A stretch of 37,454 nt of DNA from a virus: the UHGV virus genome UHGV-2036287; one strand, written 5' to 3'. Position numbers and translations under genes: made by a program. Below the pieces are notes generated by a model. It ran no database searches. It was not told the DNA's origin and saw only the letters and a list, made by a program, of their open reading frames with translations. Within the stretch, counting starts at the first letter, position 1, and each line of letters begins with the position of its first letter. This document shows, piece by piece, positions 16,346 to 26,824 of this stretch.

Positions 16346-17937
16346 CAAAATCATCCGGAGTGATTTTAAACGCCGCTGGCGGCGGCCCCGAAGGGATGAG
16401 TCCCATGGACGGGAGGAATAACCTTGCTCCCGTTTTGCCTGATACCTCGGCGCTGGATGCCCCTCCCGTTCTGTTGCCTTACCAGCAGCGCTGGGTGGCA
16501 GACACCTCTCCGCTTAAGGTGATAGAAAAGAGCCGTCGTACCGGTATTACATGGGCTGAGGCATCCGATAACGTACTGACCGCCGCCTCTTCTGCGCCAG
16601 CAGGCGGGATGAATGTGTATTACATCGCTTATAACCAGGACATGACCGTCGAATACATTCAGGCGTGTGCGATGTGGGCACGGGCATTCAACTATGCGGC
16701 CAGTGAAATTGAAGAAGGATTCTGGGAAGAGGACGACGACGACAAACACATCAGGACTTACACCATCAAATTTCCTGACTCCGGCTTTCGTATTGTTGCG
16801 CTCTCCAGCCGCCCGTCTAACCTGCGTGGCCGTCAGGGTATTATTGTTATCGACGAAGCGGCGTTCCATGAGCAACTGGACGAACTGCTGAAAGCGGCGC
16901 TGGCGATGCTTGTCTGGGGGGGAAAGGTACGCGTTATCTCCACCCATAACGGTGACGACAATCCGTTCAATACCCTTATCGGGGATATCCGTGCCGGACG
17001 TCAGGGAGGCAGCATACATCGCATCACTTTCCGGGAAGCCGTATCTGAGGGGCTGTTCCGGCGCGTCTGTCTGCGCACCGGGAAGGAATGGTCGGAGGCA
17101 TCCGAGCAGGCCTGGATGGCATCGGTGTACAAATTCTACGGTGCCGGCGCATCCGAAGAGCTTGACTGTATTCCGGCCAACGGTGGCGGTGCCTGGCTGT
17201 CCCGTGCCCTGATAGAGTCCCGCATGTCCGCTGATACGCCGGTATTGCGTCTGACCTGCAAGGAAGGTTATGAACTGCTGTCTGATGAGGTTCGCTTCCG
17301 CGAGACGCAGGACTGGCTTGATGAGTATCTGAAACCCTTGCTGGAGGCACTCCCCACTGATGCCCGCTCTTTCCTGGGGCGCGACTTTGGCCGTAGCGGT
17401 GATTTGTCGGTGGACTATCCCCTGCTGCAGGAGAAGAACCTGGTACGACGCGTGCCATTCGTACTGGAGCTGCGTAACGTGCCGTTCAGACAGCAGGAGC
17501 AAATCACCTGGTATCTGATGGATGGCCTGCCCGGTCTGCTGGGTGCAGCGTTTGATGCCCGTGGTAATGGTGCCTATCTGGCTGAATACGCCATGCAGCG
17601 CTACGGCTCCAGCCGGGTTCAGCAGGTGATGCCAACCGAAGGCTGGTACCGGGAGCATATGCCTCCGGTCAAAGCTGCACTGGAAGACGGTAACCTGGTG
17701 GACTTACCAAAGGATGAAGACACACTGGATGACCTGCGGGCCGTTCAGGTGGTGAACGGTGTCCCCCGCGTACCGGAGCAACGCTCAAAAGCAAAGGCTG
17801 ACGGTGGTAAACGCCACGGGGATTCAGCCATCGCACTGGCGCTGGCGTATTTCGCCAGCCGTGAAATTAACAAAGGGCCGGTGAAGGCAAGCTCACGCCG
17901 TCGTCGTCAGGCGGCCCGTATGCTGGAGGGATTCTGA
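16342..17937 (+). CDS. Terminase large subunit (Mu gp28-like)
   Basis: 531 aa; Walker-B-like IIVIDEAAF, acidic nuclease-domain residues; gene order ahead of portal. Confidence 0.75.
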   Translation: MTKSSGVILNAAGGGPEGMSPMDGRNNLAPVLPDTSALDAPPVLLPYQQRWVADTSPLKVIEKSRRTGITWAEASDNVLTAASSAPAGGMNVYYIAYNQDMTVEYIQACAMWARAFNYAASEIEEGFWEEDDDDKHIRTYTIKFPDSGFRIVALSSRPSNLRGRQGIIVIDEAAFHEQLDELLKAALAMLVWGGKVRVISTHNGDDNPFNTLIGDIRAGRQGGSIHRITFREAVSEGLFRRVCLRTGKEWSEASEQAWMASVYKFYGAGASEELDCIPANGGGAWLSRALIESRMSADTPVLRLTCKEGYELLSDEVRFRETQDWLDEYLKPLLEALPTDARSFLGRDFGRSGDLSVDYPLLQEKNLVRRVPFVLELRNVPFRQQEQITWYLMDGLPGLLGAAFDARGNGAYLAEYAMQRYGSSRVQQVMPTEGWYREHMPPVKAALEDGNLVDLPKDEDTLDDLRAVQVVNGVPRVPEQRSKAKADGGKRHGDSAIALALAYFASREINKGPVKASSRRRRQAARMLEGF

Positions 17938-19433
17938 TGGCGAGGGGTATCTGGGTTTCACCCGATGAATTTGTTGCTTTTTCTGAGCCTCAGAAATCAC
18001 TGACCGCGCAGATTGCCTCCCGCAGCCGCGCGATCGACTTTTACGGACTGGGCATGTATCTGCCCAATCCTGATCCCATTCTCAAGGCTCAGGGACGGGA
18101 TATCCGTATCTACCGCGAACTGCGCACCGACCCGCTGGTCGGGGGCTGTATCCGCAGACGTAAAGCAGCGCTCAAATCACTGGAGCGTGGACTGGAGCGC
18201 GGTCACGCTTCTGCCCGGGTCTTCCGTTTCATCCGCGACATGCTCGACGATCTGGATCTGTCCCGCATCATCGGTGAGATGAGTGATGCCGTGCTCTACG
18301 GGTATCAGCCCTGTGAAATCATGTGGGGCCGTTCGGTCAGGGCGTGGGCAGTGACGGATATTGTCGGCAAACCGCCTGAGTGGTTTCAGTTTGATACGGA
18401 CAACTGCCTGCGCTTCCGGGCGCGTGATGCGGGTGTGGAGGGTGAGCTGCTGTCACCGTCAAAATTCGTGGTGCCGGCACAGGATGCCTCGTATGACAAT
18501 CCTTACGGTTTCCCGGACCTGTCCATGTGCTTCTGGCCGGTCGCCTTCAAGAAAGGCGGGATGAAATTCTGGCTCCGCTTTGCCGAAAAGTTTGGCTCCC
18601 CGTGGGTGATCGGTAAGCACCCGAGGGGTGCAAATGATGCAGAGATTGAAAAACTGCTGGACTCCATGGAGCAGATGGTGGAGGACGCGGTGGCCGCCAT
18701 CCCCGATGACAGCAGCATCGAACTCAAAGCCGCGGATGGTAAGGCGGACAGCAGCGAGGTATTCCGCGAGCTGATCACACTGTCACGCAGTGAGATCTCC
18801 ATTGCATTACTTGGTCAGAATCAGACCACGGAAGCGAACAGTAACAAGGCCTCTGCACAGGCCGGGCTGGAGGTAACGGCTGATATCCGCGATGCGGATG
18901 CGGACATCATTCAGGCAGCAGTGAATCAGGTTATCAGAACGGTGGTCACCCTGAACTTCGGCGATGTGCCGTGTCCGGTCTGGGCCATGTGGGAACAGGA
19001 GACCATTGATGACACCCGCGCCACCCGCGACGAAAAACTCACCCGGGCGGGTCTGCGTCTGACCCCGCAATACTTTAAGCGTGAGTACCAGCTGCAGGAC
19101 GGCGATATTGACGAGACACCACCGTCGGAACGCCAGAATAACATGCTGCCGCTGTCATTTGCCGAGGCGATTGATGCCGATATTCAGGCTCAGCAGCAGC
19201 TTGACGACGCGCTGGACATTCTGATGAACGGAGGTGTGTTAAATGGCACGCTGGAACCCGTCCTGGCACCTCTGTTTAAGCGGGTCGAAAACGGGGTTAA
19301 CCCGTCTGAGCTGCTGGGCGAACTGGCGGAGCTCTACCCTCAGATGAACACGGACGATCTGCAGGAACGGCTGGCCCGCATTCTCTTTGTGGCAAATATC
19401 TGGGGGCGTCTGCATGAGCGTGACAACGGCTGA
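17937..19433 (+). CDS. Portal protein (Mu gp29-like, DUF935)
   Basis: 498 aa; size and position between terminase and the F-like gene; start overlaps the terminase stop (TGATG). Confidence 0.75.
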   Translation: MARGIWVSPDEFVAFSEPQKSLTAQIASRSRAIDFYGLGMYLPNPDPILKAQGRDIRIYRELRTDPLVGGCIRRRKAALKSLERGLERGHASARVFRFIRDMLDDLDLSRIIGEMSDAVLYGYQPCEIMWGRSVRAWAVTDIVGKPPEWFQFDTDNCLRFRARDAGVEGELLSPSKFVVPAQDASYDNPYGFPDLSMCFWPVAFKKGGMKFWLRFAEKFGSPWVIGKHPRGANDAEIEKLLDSMEQMVEDAVAAIPDDSSIELKAADGKADSSEVFRELITLSRSEISIALLGQNQTTEANSNKASAQAGLEVTADIRDADADIIQAAVNQVIRTVVTLNFGDVPCPVWAMWEQETIDDTRATRDEKLTRAGLRLTPQYFKREYQLQDGDIDETPPSERQNNMLPLSFAEAIDADIQAQQQLDDALDILMNGGVLNGTLEPVLAPLFKRVENGVNPSELLGELAELYPQMNTDDLQERLARILFVANIWGRLHERDNG

Positions 19434-20235
19434 ACTGGCGTACTGCATGACGCTTCCCCCGAAGCGGGCAGTCAGTTACCTGAAGTCCAAAGGGTATCAG
19501 ATTACCTGGGACTGGGAAGAAATGTGGCAGGAAGCCCATGCCCGCGCCTTTACCGTCGCTAAAGTGACCCGCCTGGATATTCTGGAAGATATTCGCGGGG
19601 CACTGCAGCAGGCTGTCGATGAAGGAAAAACCGATCGCTGGTTCCGGCAGGAGCTGAAGCCGGTGCTGAAGCGTAAGGGATGGTGGGGACCACGTGACAC
19701 GACTGACCCGGTAACGGGTGAGCCGGTCACCATTCAGCAGGGCAGCCCGTGGCGGCTCGACACCATCTTTCGCACCAATATGTCCGTACTCTACAGCGCC
19801 GGTCGTTGGGCGGAGCAGATGGAAAACGTCGACGACAGGCCGTACTGGATGTATACCGGCATCAACGACAGCCATACCCGCAGGAGCCATCTGGCGCTGC
19901 ATGGTCTGGTGCTGCGCTGGGATGACCCGTTCTGGCAGGCATTTTACCCGCCGAACGGCTGGCGCTGCCGCTGTAGTGTGATTGCCCTGAGTGCGGCGGA
20001 TGTCCGTGCCCGTGGCCTGAAGGTTATCAGCTCCGGCTCTGCCATGGGCCAGGAACTGAAACTGGTCTCAGAGAAAACCGGCGAAATGCGGAACGTGGCC
20101 ACCTTTAATACCGGCACCACGAAGGTGACCACCGACGTCGGCTGGTCTTATGCACCGGGGGCAGCATACCGTCCCGACCTGGCCCGCTATCAGGGTACGC
20201 TTCAGCCACTGGCACAACAGGAACTGAGAGGATAA
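19414..20235 (+). CDS. Head morphogenesis protein, Mu F-like (gp30)
   Basis: Conserved core (YWMYTGINDSHTRRSHLALHG...FYPPNGWRCRC) typical of the Mu F / SPP1 gp7 family; start could be 19387. Confidence 0.7.
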   Translation: MSVTTAELAYCMTLPPKRAVSYLKSKGYQITWDWEEMWQEAHARAFTVAKVTRLDILEDIRGALQQAVDEGKTDRWFRQELKPVLKRKGWWGPRDTTDPVTGEPVTIQQGSPWRLDTIFRTNMSVLYSAGRWAEQMENVDDRPYWMYTGINDSHTRRSHLALHGLVLRWDDPFWQAFYPPNGWRCRCSVIALSAADVRARGLKVISSGSAMGQELKLVSEKTGEMRNVATFNTGTTKVTTDVGWSYAPGAAYRPDLARYQGTLQPLAQQELRG

Positions 20236-20237
20236 CA

Positions 20238-20696
20238 ATGGCTTCCGATAACCTGGTCAGTATCACCATTAACGATAAATCCCTGCGCCGGAGCCTCCGT
20301 GCGCTGGATCTTGCTGCCACAGACCTGGAGCCCGCGATGCGCAAAATCGCCGGAACCCTGCTGGCGGAAACACAGTTTAACTTTCTTGATGAGGGGCGTC
20401 CGGGGTGGATGCCCTCGCTGGCAGCGGAAGAACGTGACGGGCAGACACTGCAGGATACCGGGCGTCTGATGGGGTCAGTATCAACCGACCATGACGACTG
20501 GCAGGCTGTTGTGGGGACCAACGTTGTTTACGGTGCCATTCACCAGTTCGGGGGTAAAACGGGGCGTAATGAGTCTGTTGAACTTCCGGCCCGCCCGTTC
20601 CTGCCGGTGACGGGGGATGGAGAACTACAGCCTGAAGTGGTAATCCCCATCCTTGATACCATTGTCCGCCATCTTGAATCAGCGGCCCGTCGCTGA
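20238..20696 (+). CDS. Virion morphogenesis protein, Mu G-like
   Basis: 152 aa; GAIHQFGG motif and position after the F-like gene. Confidence 0.6.
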   Translation: MASDNLVSITINDKSLRRSLRALDLAATDLEPAMRKIAGTLLAETQFNFLDEGRPGWMPSLAAEERDGQTLQDTGRLMGSVSTDHDDWQAVVGTNVVYGAIHQFGGKTGRNESVELPARPFLPVTGDGELQPEVVIPILDTIVRHLESAARR

Positions 20697-20910
20697 GTTT
20701 TCTCTCTTCAGGCGGGTGATTTATCATTGCCAGCGAATGAGGGGCTGTATTACCTTTATAAAGGCTTTACAGCCTCTGTTTTATAACCGCTTCCGGTTCA
20801 CCGCATTGCTTTCCCTGTCCTTCTCCCCTGATGTTTTCTAAAGCAGATTAAAATCACCGGGCCTGCATTTCTCACAAACTGTCTCCGACAACATAACGCG
20901 GGACAGCAAA

Positions 20911-22026
20911 ATGTCAGCCATTCACATTTTTAAAGCCGGTACTCATACCGATATGCACGGCAAAAAACTGCCGTTCACGCCAGACGATCTTGCCGCCTGC
21001 GTGAAAGCCTATGACCCGTCCGTCCATGAAGCACCACTCGTGATTGGTCATCCCAGAACGGAAGACCCGGCGTGGGGCTGGGTGAAAGCCCTGTCGCTCA
21101 GCGGCGTCGATCTGATGGCAGAGCCTGCCCAGCTGGACCCGCAGTTTGCTGAGATGGTCACCGACGGACGATTCAAAAAAGTGTCCGCCTCTTTCTACCT
21201 CCCGGATTCACCGTCCAATCCGAAGCCCGGCGTGCTCTACCTGCGCCATGTGGGCTTTCTCGGGGCACAGCCACCTTCCGTCAAGGGGCTGAAACAGGTG
21301 TCCTTCAGTGAGCAGGAAGAAGGTGTGGTGGAGTTCGCCGACTGGCAGGCCATCACGAATGCCTCCCTGTGGGGAAAGCTGCGCGATTTTCTGATCGCCC
21401 GCTTCAGTCTGGACGAAGCAGAAAAAGTCCTGCCGGAATGGCAGCTCAACAATCTGCGCGAAGAGGCGTACCGCGACACACCGTCGCAGGATGCAGCAGG
21501 TGCGCAATTCAGTGAGACAGGCCAGGTGCCGTCTTCCGCAAGTAACGAGGAATCATCGATGACAAAAGAAGAGATTGAAGCCCTTCAGGAGGAGAACCGC
21601 CGCCTGAAGCAGCAGGCTGCTGATCGCGATGCGCGTGATGCACAGGTCAGACAGGAGCAACTGCATAAGGACAATGTGGCCTTTGCAGAAAAACTGGTCG
21701 CAGAGGGCCGTCTGGCTCCCCGCGCCTCCTCCGTGGTGGTTGCCCTGCTGGATGCCGTCGCCGGTGGCGACAAGCCGGTGGAGTTTGCTGAGGGGGAAAG
21801 CCGCACACCGCTGGCCACCGCCTTTCGTTCATTGCTCTCCGACGGGGAGCCGGTGATGAATTTCGCCGAACAGGCCACAAAAGAGCGTGTCGGCGACACG
21901 GTGAAGGTGGATGTGGCAGAGTTTGCGGAAGCCGATCCTGAGCGTCTGGCCCTGCATCAGAAAGCAGTGGCCCTGTCCAAAAAAGAAGGCATCAGCTATG
22001 AGGCTGCTGTCGCACGCTGCCTGTAA
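20911..22026 (+). CDS. Head protease/scaffold protein, Mu I-like
   Basis: 371 aa; N-terminal protease-like domain then Glu/Ala-rich coiled-coil scaffold region; directly upstream of the major head gene. Confidence 0.65.
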   Translation: MSAIHIFKAGTHTDMHGKKLPFTPDDLAACVKAYDPSVHEAPLVIGHPRTEDPAWGWVKALSLSGVDLMAEPAQLDPQFAEMVTDGRFKKVSASFYLPDSPSNPKPGVLYLRHVGFLGAQPPSVKGLKQVSFSEQEEGVVEFADWQAITNASLWGKLRDFLIARFSLDEAEKVLPEWQLNNLREEAYRDTPSQDAAGAQFSETGQVPSSASNEESSMTKEEIEALQEENRRLKQQAADRDARDAQVRQEQLHKDNVAFAEKLVAEGRLAPRASSVVVALLDAVAGGDKPVEFAEGESRTPLATAFRSLLSDGEPVMNFAEQATKERVGDTVKVDVAEFAEADPERLALHQKAVALSKKEGISYEAAVARCL

Positions 22027-22040
22027 TTTAAGGAGAGAGC

Positions 22041-22994
22041 ATGTCTGATTACTTAAAAGGTAAACGTGTCGTTGATCCGGTACTGACCAGTATCGCCCGT
22101 GGCTATAAAAATGCCGCATTCATCGGCGAACGTATTTTCCCCGTCGTGCTGACGGACAAGGAAGGCGTGCGTGTACCGACCTTCGGGAAAACCGCCTTTG
22201 TGGAATATGACACCGAGCGTGCCGTCGGGGCGGACAGCAATGTTCTGGTCCGTGAAAAAACAGGCACGCTGGACCTGGTGCTGGGTGAACACGATCTGGC
22301 TGCGCCGGTGGACTATCGCGAGCAGGCGGAGTCCATGTTTAACGAAGAGAGCAAGGCCATCCGTCGCGCCACGAATGGCGTGAACCTGCGCCGTGAACTT
22401 ATCGCTGCCCGTCTGGCTCAGGATGAAAAGGTCTACCGTACCGGGCACGTCAAAAAACTGACAGCCAGTGATCGCTGGGCCGGTGGTAAGGGGGACCCCA
22501 TCGGGGTGATTGAAGCCGGTATGGAAGCGGTCCGTACGGCCACGGGGCTGCGTCCTAACCTGATGACCATGGGGGCCGGCGTGATGGCGCTGCTGAAGTT
22601 CCACCCGGCGATTCAGGCCGCCATCGGAGCCAACGAACGCAAGCGCATCACCACAGAAATCCTGCAGGACCTCTTTCAGATCGAAGAGATCGTCATCGGT
22701 GCCCCAGTCTCCCTGCCGTCCATGAAAGCGGCAATGGATAAGAACAGCGTGCCGGCGGATATCTGGGGAGACAATCTGATGCTGCACTATGTCGGCAAAC
22801 CGCAGCCGGGGGCGGACAGCGCGGACGAGAACGAGCCGTCCTTCGGCTACACCCTGCGTCGTAAGGGGATGCCTGTTGCCGACAAATACGACGGAGCCGG
22901 TGGCAAGGTGAAGTACTGCCGTTATACCGATATCTACAAAGTCGCCGTGGTTGGTGGCGATGCCGGGTATCTCATTACCGGTATCAGTAAATAA
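22041..22994 (+). CDS. Major head (capsid) protein, Mu T-like
   Basis: 317 aa; strong RBS (AAGGAGAGAG); follows the protease/scaffold gene. Confidence 0.7.
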   Translation: MSDYLKGKRVVDPVLTSIARGYKNAAFIGERIFPVVLTDKEGVRVPTFGKTAFVEYDTERAVGADSNVLVREKTGTLDLVLGEHDLAAPVDYREQAESMFNEESKAIRRATNGVNLRRELIAARLAQDEKVYRTGHVKKLTASDRWAGGKGDPIGVIEAGMEAVRTATGLRPNLMTMGAGVMALLKFHPAIQAAIGANERKRITTEILQDLFQIEEIVIGAPVSLPSMKAAMDKNSVPADIWGDNLMLHYVGKPQPGADSADENEPSFGYTLRRKGMPVADKYDGAGGKVKYCRYTDIYKVAVVGGDAGYLITGISK

Positions 22995-23003
22995 GGAGGC
23001 GTT

Positions 23004-23342
23004 ATGGGAACCACTCAGCAGGTCATTCTGATCACAACCGTAACGGCAGGGGCAGCACTGGCACAGCAGCGTTTTGTCGGGGCAGATAATACCCCCTGTA
23101 AAGCCGGTGCCGCAGCGCTCGGGGTTGCCGAAGTGGATGCTGTTACCGGCGACAGCACGCCGGTGAGCGTTCTGGGCATTATTGCTGTCGAGGCCGGGGC
23201 CGCTGTCAGCCGTGGTGTGGCTGTTCAGTCAGATGCTCAGGCCAGAGCCGTGCCGCAGTCCGGCGACGGTAAATCCTGTGGTATTGCACTTGATGAAGCC
23301 GGGGGTGAAGGCGACGTCATTCGTATCCTGCGCGGGGTGTGA
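23004..23342 (+). CDS. Hypothetical head-associated protein (Ala/Gly/Val-rich)
   Basis: 112-aa ORF with RBS AGGAGG immediately after the capsid gene. Confidence 0.4.
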   Translation: MGTTQQVILITTVTAGAALAQQRFVGADNTPCKAGAAALGVAEVDAVTGDSTPVSVLGIIAVEAGAAVSRGVAVQSDAQARAVPQSGDGKSCGIALDEAGGEGDVIRILRGV

Positions 23343-23343
23343 C

Positions 23344-23790
23344 ATGTACTGCACCCTGGAGGATTTGCTTGCGCAGGTGCCGGAGCGGACGCTTATCGAG
23401 CTCACCAGTGAAGAGATGGACTTCGACTCGCCTGCAACAGTGAATACCCGTGTGGTGGACAGCTGTATCCGCTATGCCGACGAGCTGATTGATGCCCATC
23501 TGCGCGGACGCTATATCCTGCCACTGGCAGAGATACCGACTGTTCTGCGGGACATTGCCATCACGCTGGTCCGTTACCGGCTCTACGCCCGCCGCCCGGA
23601 AGGTGACCTCCCGGATACGGTGAAGGATGACCACAAAGAAGCGCTGCGGCAACTCAGGGAGTTACGTGATAACAGGCTCACGCTGGGGCTGCCGTCCACT
23701 CAGAAAGATGTGCCTGAGCCTGGCGAGTTTCGTGTACGCAGTCGCCCGGCCACTTTCGGCGGTCGTGACGGTTTACTGGAGAAATACTGA
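23344..23790 (+). CDS. Mu gp36-like protein (DUF1320; head completion/connector candidate)
   Basis: Starts at ATG 23344, 2 nt after the upstream stop; 148 aa. Confidence 0.45.
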   Translation: MYCTLEDLLAQVPERTLIELTSEEMDFDSPATVNTRVVDSCIRYADELIDAHLRGRYILPLAEIPTVLRDIAITLVRYRLYARRPEGDLPDTVKDDHKEALRQLRELRDNRLTLGLPSTQKDVPEPGEFRVRSRPATFGGRDGLLEKY

Positions 23791-24254
23791 TGAACGTTCT
23801 GCCCGTCCTTGATGCGGTACTGGCCCGGTTACGCGAGAAGCTGCCGCAACTGCAGGTGGAGTACTTCCCGGAGAAACCGGCTGAATATCGCCTGAACCAT
23901 CCGGTTGGCGCGTTGCTGCTGAGCTATGCCGGTTCGCGCTTTGACAGGCCGGATGATACCGGTGCGGTGATCCAGTCTCAGACTATCCAGCTCTGCGTCA
24001 CGGTGGTCTTCCGCCAGCTCAACGGTAAAAAAGGGGCGATTAATGTCCTGGATGCTGTCCGCCGCATTCTCGGTGGCCACACCCCGCCCGGCTGCCGCCG
24101 CCGTATCTGGCTGACCCGCGAGGTGTTTATCGGTGAAGTCAGGGGGCTGTGGCAATACGCCCTCGACTTCGCGACTGAAAGCATCTTTATCGAAGACAGC
24201 GATTTACCGTCCGGCCCGCTGTTAACCGAAGTGAACTATGAGGAAAGCGAGTGA
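23790..24254 (+). CDS. Mu gp37-like protein (DUF1834; head-tail joining candidate)
   Basis: 154-aa ORF, ATGA-coupled to the upstream gene. Confidence 0.45.
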   Translation: MNVLPVLDAVLARLREKLPQLQVEYFPEKPAEYRLNHPVGALLLSYAGSRFDRPDDTGAVIQSQTIQLCVTVVFRQLNGKKGAINVLDAVRRILGGHTPPGCRRRIWLTREVFIGEVRGLWQYALDFATESIFIEDSDLPSGPLLTEVNYEESE

Positions 24255-24505
24255 TGAAAGCATACCGCTATTCCGGCCCGGCCAGCGGCGTCACGCTGTC
24301 GGACGGAACCGAAATCCTGCTCTGGCCGGGGAAGGCGGTTTCCCTGCCGGAGGAGCATGACTACGTGAAGGTACTGGTGGCGCTGAAGCATCTGACGCCG
24401 GTACCAGAAGATACTAAACCCGCCGTCACACCGGCTGTGCAGTCACCAAAGCGCAGAAGCAGCAGTGACAGCGAAGTGAAAACGGAGGACGCCCATGGCA
24501 GCTAA
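24251..24505 (+). CDS. Hypothetical protein
   Basis: 84-aa ORF coupled at both ends within the head-tail block. Confidence 0.35.
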   Translation: MMKAYRYSGPASGVTLSDGTEILLWPGKAVSLPEEHDYVKVLVALKHLTPVPEDTKPAVTPAVQSPKRRSSSDSEVKTEDAHGS

Positions 24506-25922
24506 CTATCTGCATGGTCCCGAAACCATTGAGGTGGAAAACGGAGCCCGCCCGGTTAAAACGGTGAAATCTGCCGTTATTGGCCTGATTGGTACCGCCC
24601 CGATGGGGGATGTCAATACGCTGGTACAGTGCCTGTCTGAGAAAGACGCAGCGGCATTTGGCAGCCAGTTCACCGGCTTTACCATTCCGCAGGCGCTGGA
24701 TGCGATTTATGACCATGGTGCAGGCACCGTTCTGGTCATTAACGTCCTCGACCCGGCGAAACATAAAACGGCGATCGAGGATGAGGTGGTTACCTTTGAC
24801 AAATCGACAGGGCAGGCCAGACTGGCGCATCCGGTTGTCGCTAATGTGGTGGTGAAAAACAGTGAAGGCAGCACCACCCACACGGCGAACACGGACTACC
24901 GTGTTGATGCGCAGGCGGGTGTGCTCACGAACCTGGGCAAGGCTATTGAGGCCGGTGGCAGCGTGAAGGTGAGCTATGAGTACGCGGACCCGTCGAAGGT
25001 GACTGCGGCGGACATCATCGGCGGGGTGAACAGCGCCGGAAACCGAACCGGCATGAAGCTGCTTAACGACAGCTTCAACCTGTACGGCTATTTCGCCAAA
25101 ATTCTGATTGCGCCGGTGTTCTGCACCCAGAAGAGTGTCGCAGTTGAGCTTATCGCCATGGCAGAGAAGCTGGGCGCGGTAACCTACATTGATGCGCCTG
25201 TCGGTACCACCTTTGCACAGGCTCTGGCAGGTCGTGGCCCGGAAGGCACCATCAACTTCAATACCAGCTCCGACCGCGTCCGTCTGTGCTATCCGCATGT
25301 GAAGGTATATGACCCGGTGACAAACACAGAGCGTCTGGAGCCGCTCAGCCAGCGTGCAGCAGGTCTGCGTGCCAGAGTCGATCTGGACAAGGGCTACTGG
25401 TGGTCATCCTCCAATCAGGAGATTCTGGGGATCACCGGCGTGGAGCGCCAGCTGTCCGCGATGATTGATGACCCGCAGAGTGAGGTAAACCTGCTTAACG
25501 AACAGGGGATCACCACGGTATTCAGCAGTTACGGCAGCGGCCTTCGTCTGTGGGGTAACCGGACGGCAGCATGGCCAACGGTCACCCATATGCGTAACTT
25601 TGAGAACGTTCGCCGCACCGGTGATGTGATCAACGAGTCCATTCGTTATTTCAGCCAGCAGTACATCGACATGCCGATTACTCAGGCGCTGATTGATGCA
25701 CTGACGGAGTCGGTCAACGCCTACGGTCGCAAAATGACTGGTGATGGTGCGGTACTGGGCTTCCGTTGCTGGTTTGATCCGGCCCGCAATCCGGAGACGG
25801 AGCTGGCCGCCGGGCACCTGTTGCTGAGCTACAAATATACGCCACCACCGCCGCTGGAGCGACTGACGTTTGAGACTGAGATCACCTCGGAATACCTGTT
25901 AACCCTGAAAGGGGGCAACTGA
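24495..25922 (+). CDS. Contractile tail sheath protein (P2 FI / Mu L family)
   Basis: 475 aa; size, position before the tube gene, conserved C-terminal sheath region. Confidence 0.75.
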   Translation: MAANYLHGPETIEVENGARPVKTVKSAVIGLIGTAPMGDVNTLVQCLSEKDAAAFGSQFTGFTIPQALDAIYDHGAGTVLVINVLDPAKHKTAIEDEVVTFDKSTGQARLAHPVVANVVVKNSEGSTTHTANTDYRVDAQAGVLTNLGKAIEAGGSVKVSYEYADPSKVTAADIIGGVNSAGNRTGMKLLNDSFNLYGYFAKILIAPVFCTQKSVAVELIAMAEKLGAVTYIDAPVGTTFAQALAGRGPEGTINFNTSSDRVRLCYPHVKVYDPVTNTERLEPLSQRAAGLRARVDLDKGYWWSSSNQEILGITGVERQLSAMIDDPQSEVNLLNEQGITTVFSSYGSGLRLWGNRTAAWPTVTHMRNFENVRRTGDVINESIRYFSQQYIDMPITQALIDALTESVNAYGRKMTGDGAVLGFRCWFDPARNPETELAAGHLLLSYKYTPPPPLERLTFETEITSEYLLTLKGGN

Positions 25923-26443
25923 TGTCAAAGATTGAGATAAACCGCATCACGAATGCCAACATCTATCTGGATGGTACTAACCTGCTGGGACGGGCTGAGG
26001 AAGTTAAACTCCCCGATGTCTCCATGATTATGCAGGAACACAAGGCGCTGGGGATGGTGGGTAAGGTGGAACTCCCGGCTGGTTTTGACAAACTGGAAGG
26101 CGAAATCAAATGGAACAGCTTTTACCGCGATGCGATGCTGTCTGCCGCGAACCCGTACAGGTCGCTGGCACTGCAGTGTCGTTCCAGCGTCCAGCGCTAC
26201 AGCTCGCAGGGGCTGATTGACGAAATCCCGCTGGTCACCTTCCTGACGATTATGTTCAAGAAGAACCCGCTGGGGACGTTCAAACAGCACGAGAACGCCG
26301 AGTTCTCCAGTAGCTTCACCTGCACGTATATCAGACAGGTACTGGATGGTGAAGAGCTGCTGCAACTGGACTATCTGGCCAACATCTTCCGGGTCGGCGG
26401 TGTTGATCAACTGACTGACTACCGTATCAATATCGGGGGCTGA
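25922..26443 (+). CDS. Tail tube protein (P2 FII / Mu M family)
   Basis: 173 aa; start overlaps the sheath stop (TGATG). Confidence 0.7.
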   Translation: MSKIEINRITNANIYLDGTNLLGRAEEVKLPDVSMIMQEHKALGMVGKVELPAGFDKLEGEIKWNSFYRDAMLSAANPYRSLALQCRSSVQRYSSQGLIDEIPLVTFLTIMFKKNPLGTFKQHENAEFSSSFTCTYIRQVLDGEELLQLDYLANIFRVGGVDQLTDYRINIGG

Positions 26444-26445
26444 CG

Positions 26446-26727
26446 ATGAGTGTTGAACTGACGGATAAAGGAAGACGATGTGCGGCACTGGGCATGTCAA
26501 ATGGTACGTGGTTTACCCTCCTTGATATTCCGGGGGTGGAAACCCTTTTTAATACCCGTAAAACCAATGACCCGATTGACTGCACACGTTCAAAGGCCCG
26601 CAAACTGGCGGATTTGATTGAAGCATGGGAGCCTCCCGACCACTGGTTCTCCGGCACCGGCAAATCTGAGGGAAAGACGCTTCTCATCGCTTTCCTGCGT
26701 AACTGCAAGGGGTTTCGCACTTGCTGA
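26446..26727 (+). CDS. Hypothetical small protein (moron-like insert between tube and chaperone genes)
   Basis: 93-aa ORF followed by a clean terminator hairpin; no motif recognised. Confidence 0.4.
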   Translation: MSVELTDKGRRCAALGMSNGTWFTLLDIPGVETLFNTRKTNDPIDCTRSKARKLADLIEAWEPPDHWFSGTGKSEGKTLLIAFLRNCKGFRTC

Positions 26728-26733
26728 CATCAC

Positions 26734-26760
26734 AGGGGCTCCGGCCCCTTCTTCTTAATC
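26734..26760 (+). terminator. Rho-independent terminator
   Basis: AGGGGC-TCCG-GCCCCT stem-loop followed by TCTTCTTAATCTCC. Confidence 0.5.
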
Positions 26761-26824
26761 TCCTTTAATATCCGTCACGCGCTTCTCCCGACATACTGCC
26801 CTGAACTTACACAGGAGCACAATC

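Noticed and set aside
16366-17658. 430-aa minus-strand ORF
   Set aside because: Lies entirely antisense to the terminase large-subunit gene in GC-rich sequence; Arg/Gly/Pro-rich low-complexity translation; typical spurious antisense ORF.
20762-20785. Hairpin AGGCT-TTAC-AGCCT after the G-like gene as a terminator
   Set aside because: Only a 5-bp stem; too weak to call, although the interval may still hold a late promoter.
22053-22787. 244-aa minus-strand ORF, with similar ones at 24426..25298 and 25925..26500
   Set aside because: Antisense to the major capsid, sheath and tube genes; compositionally biased translations.
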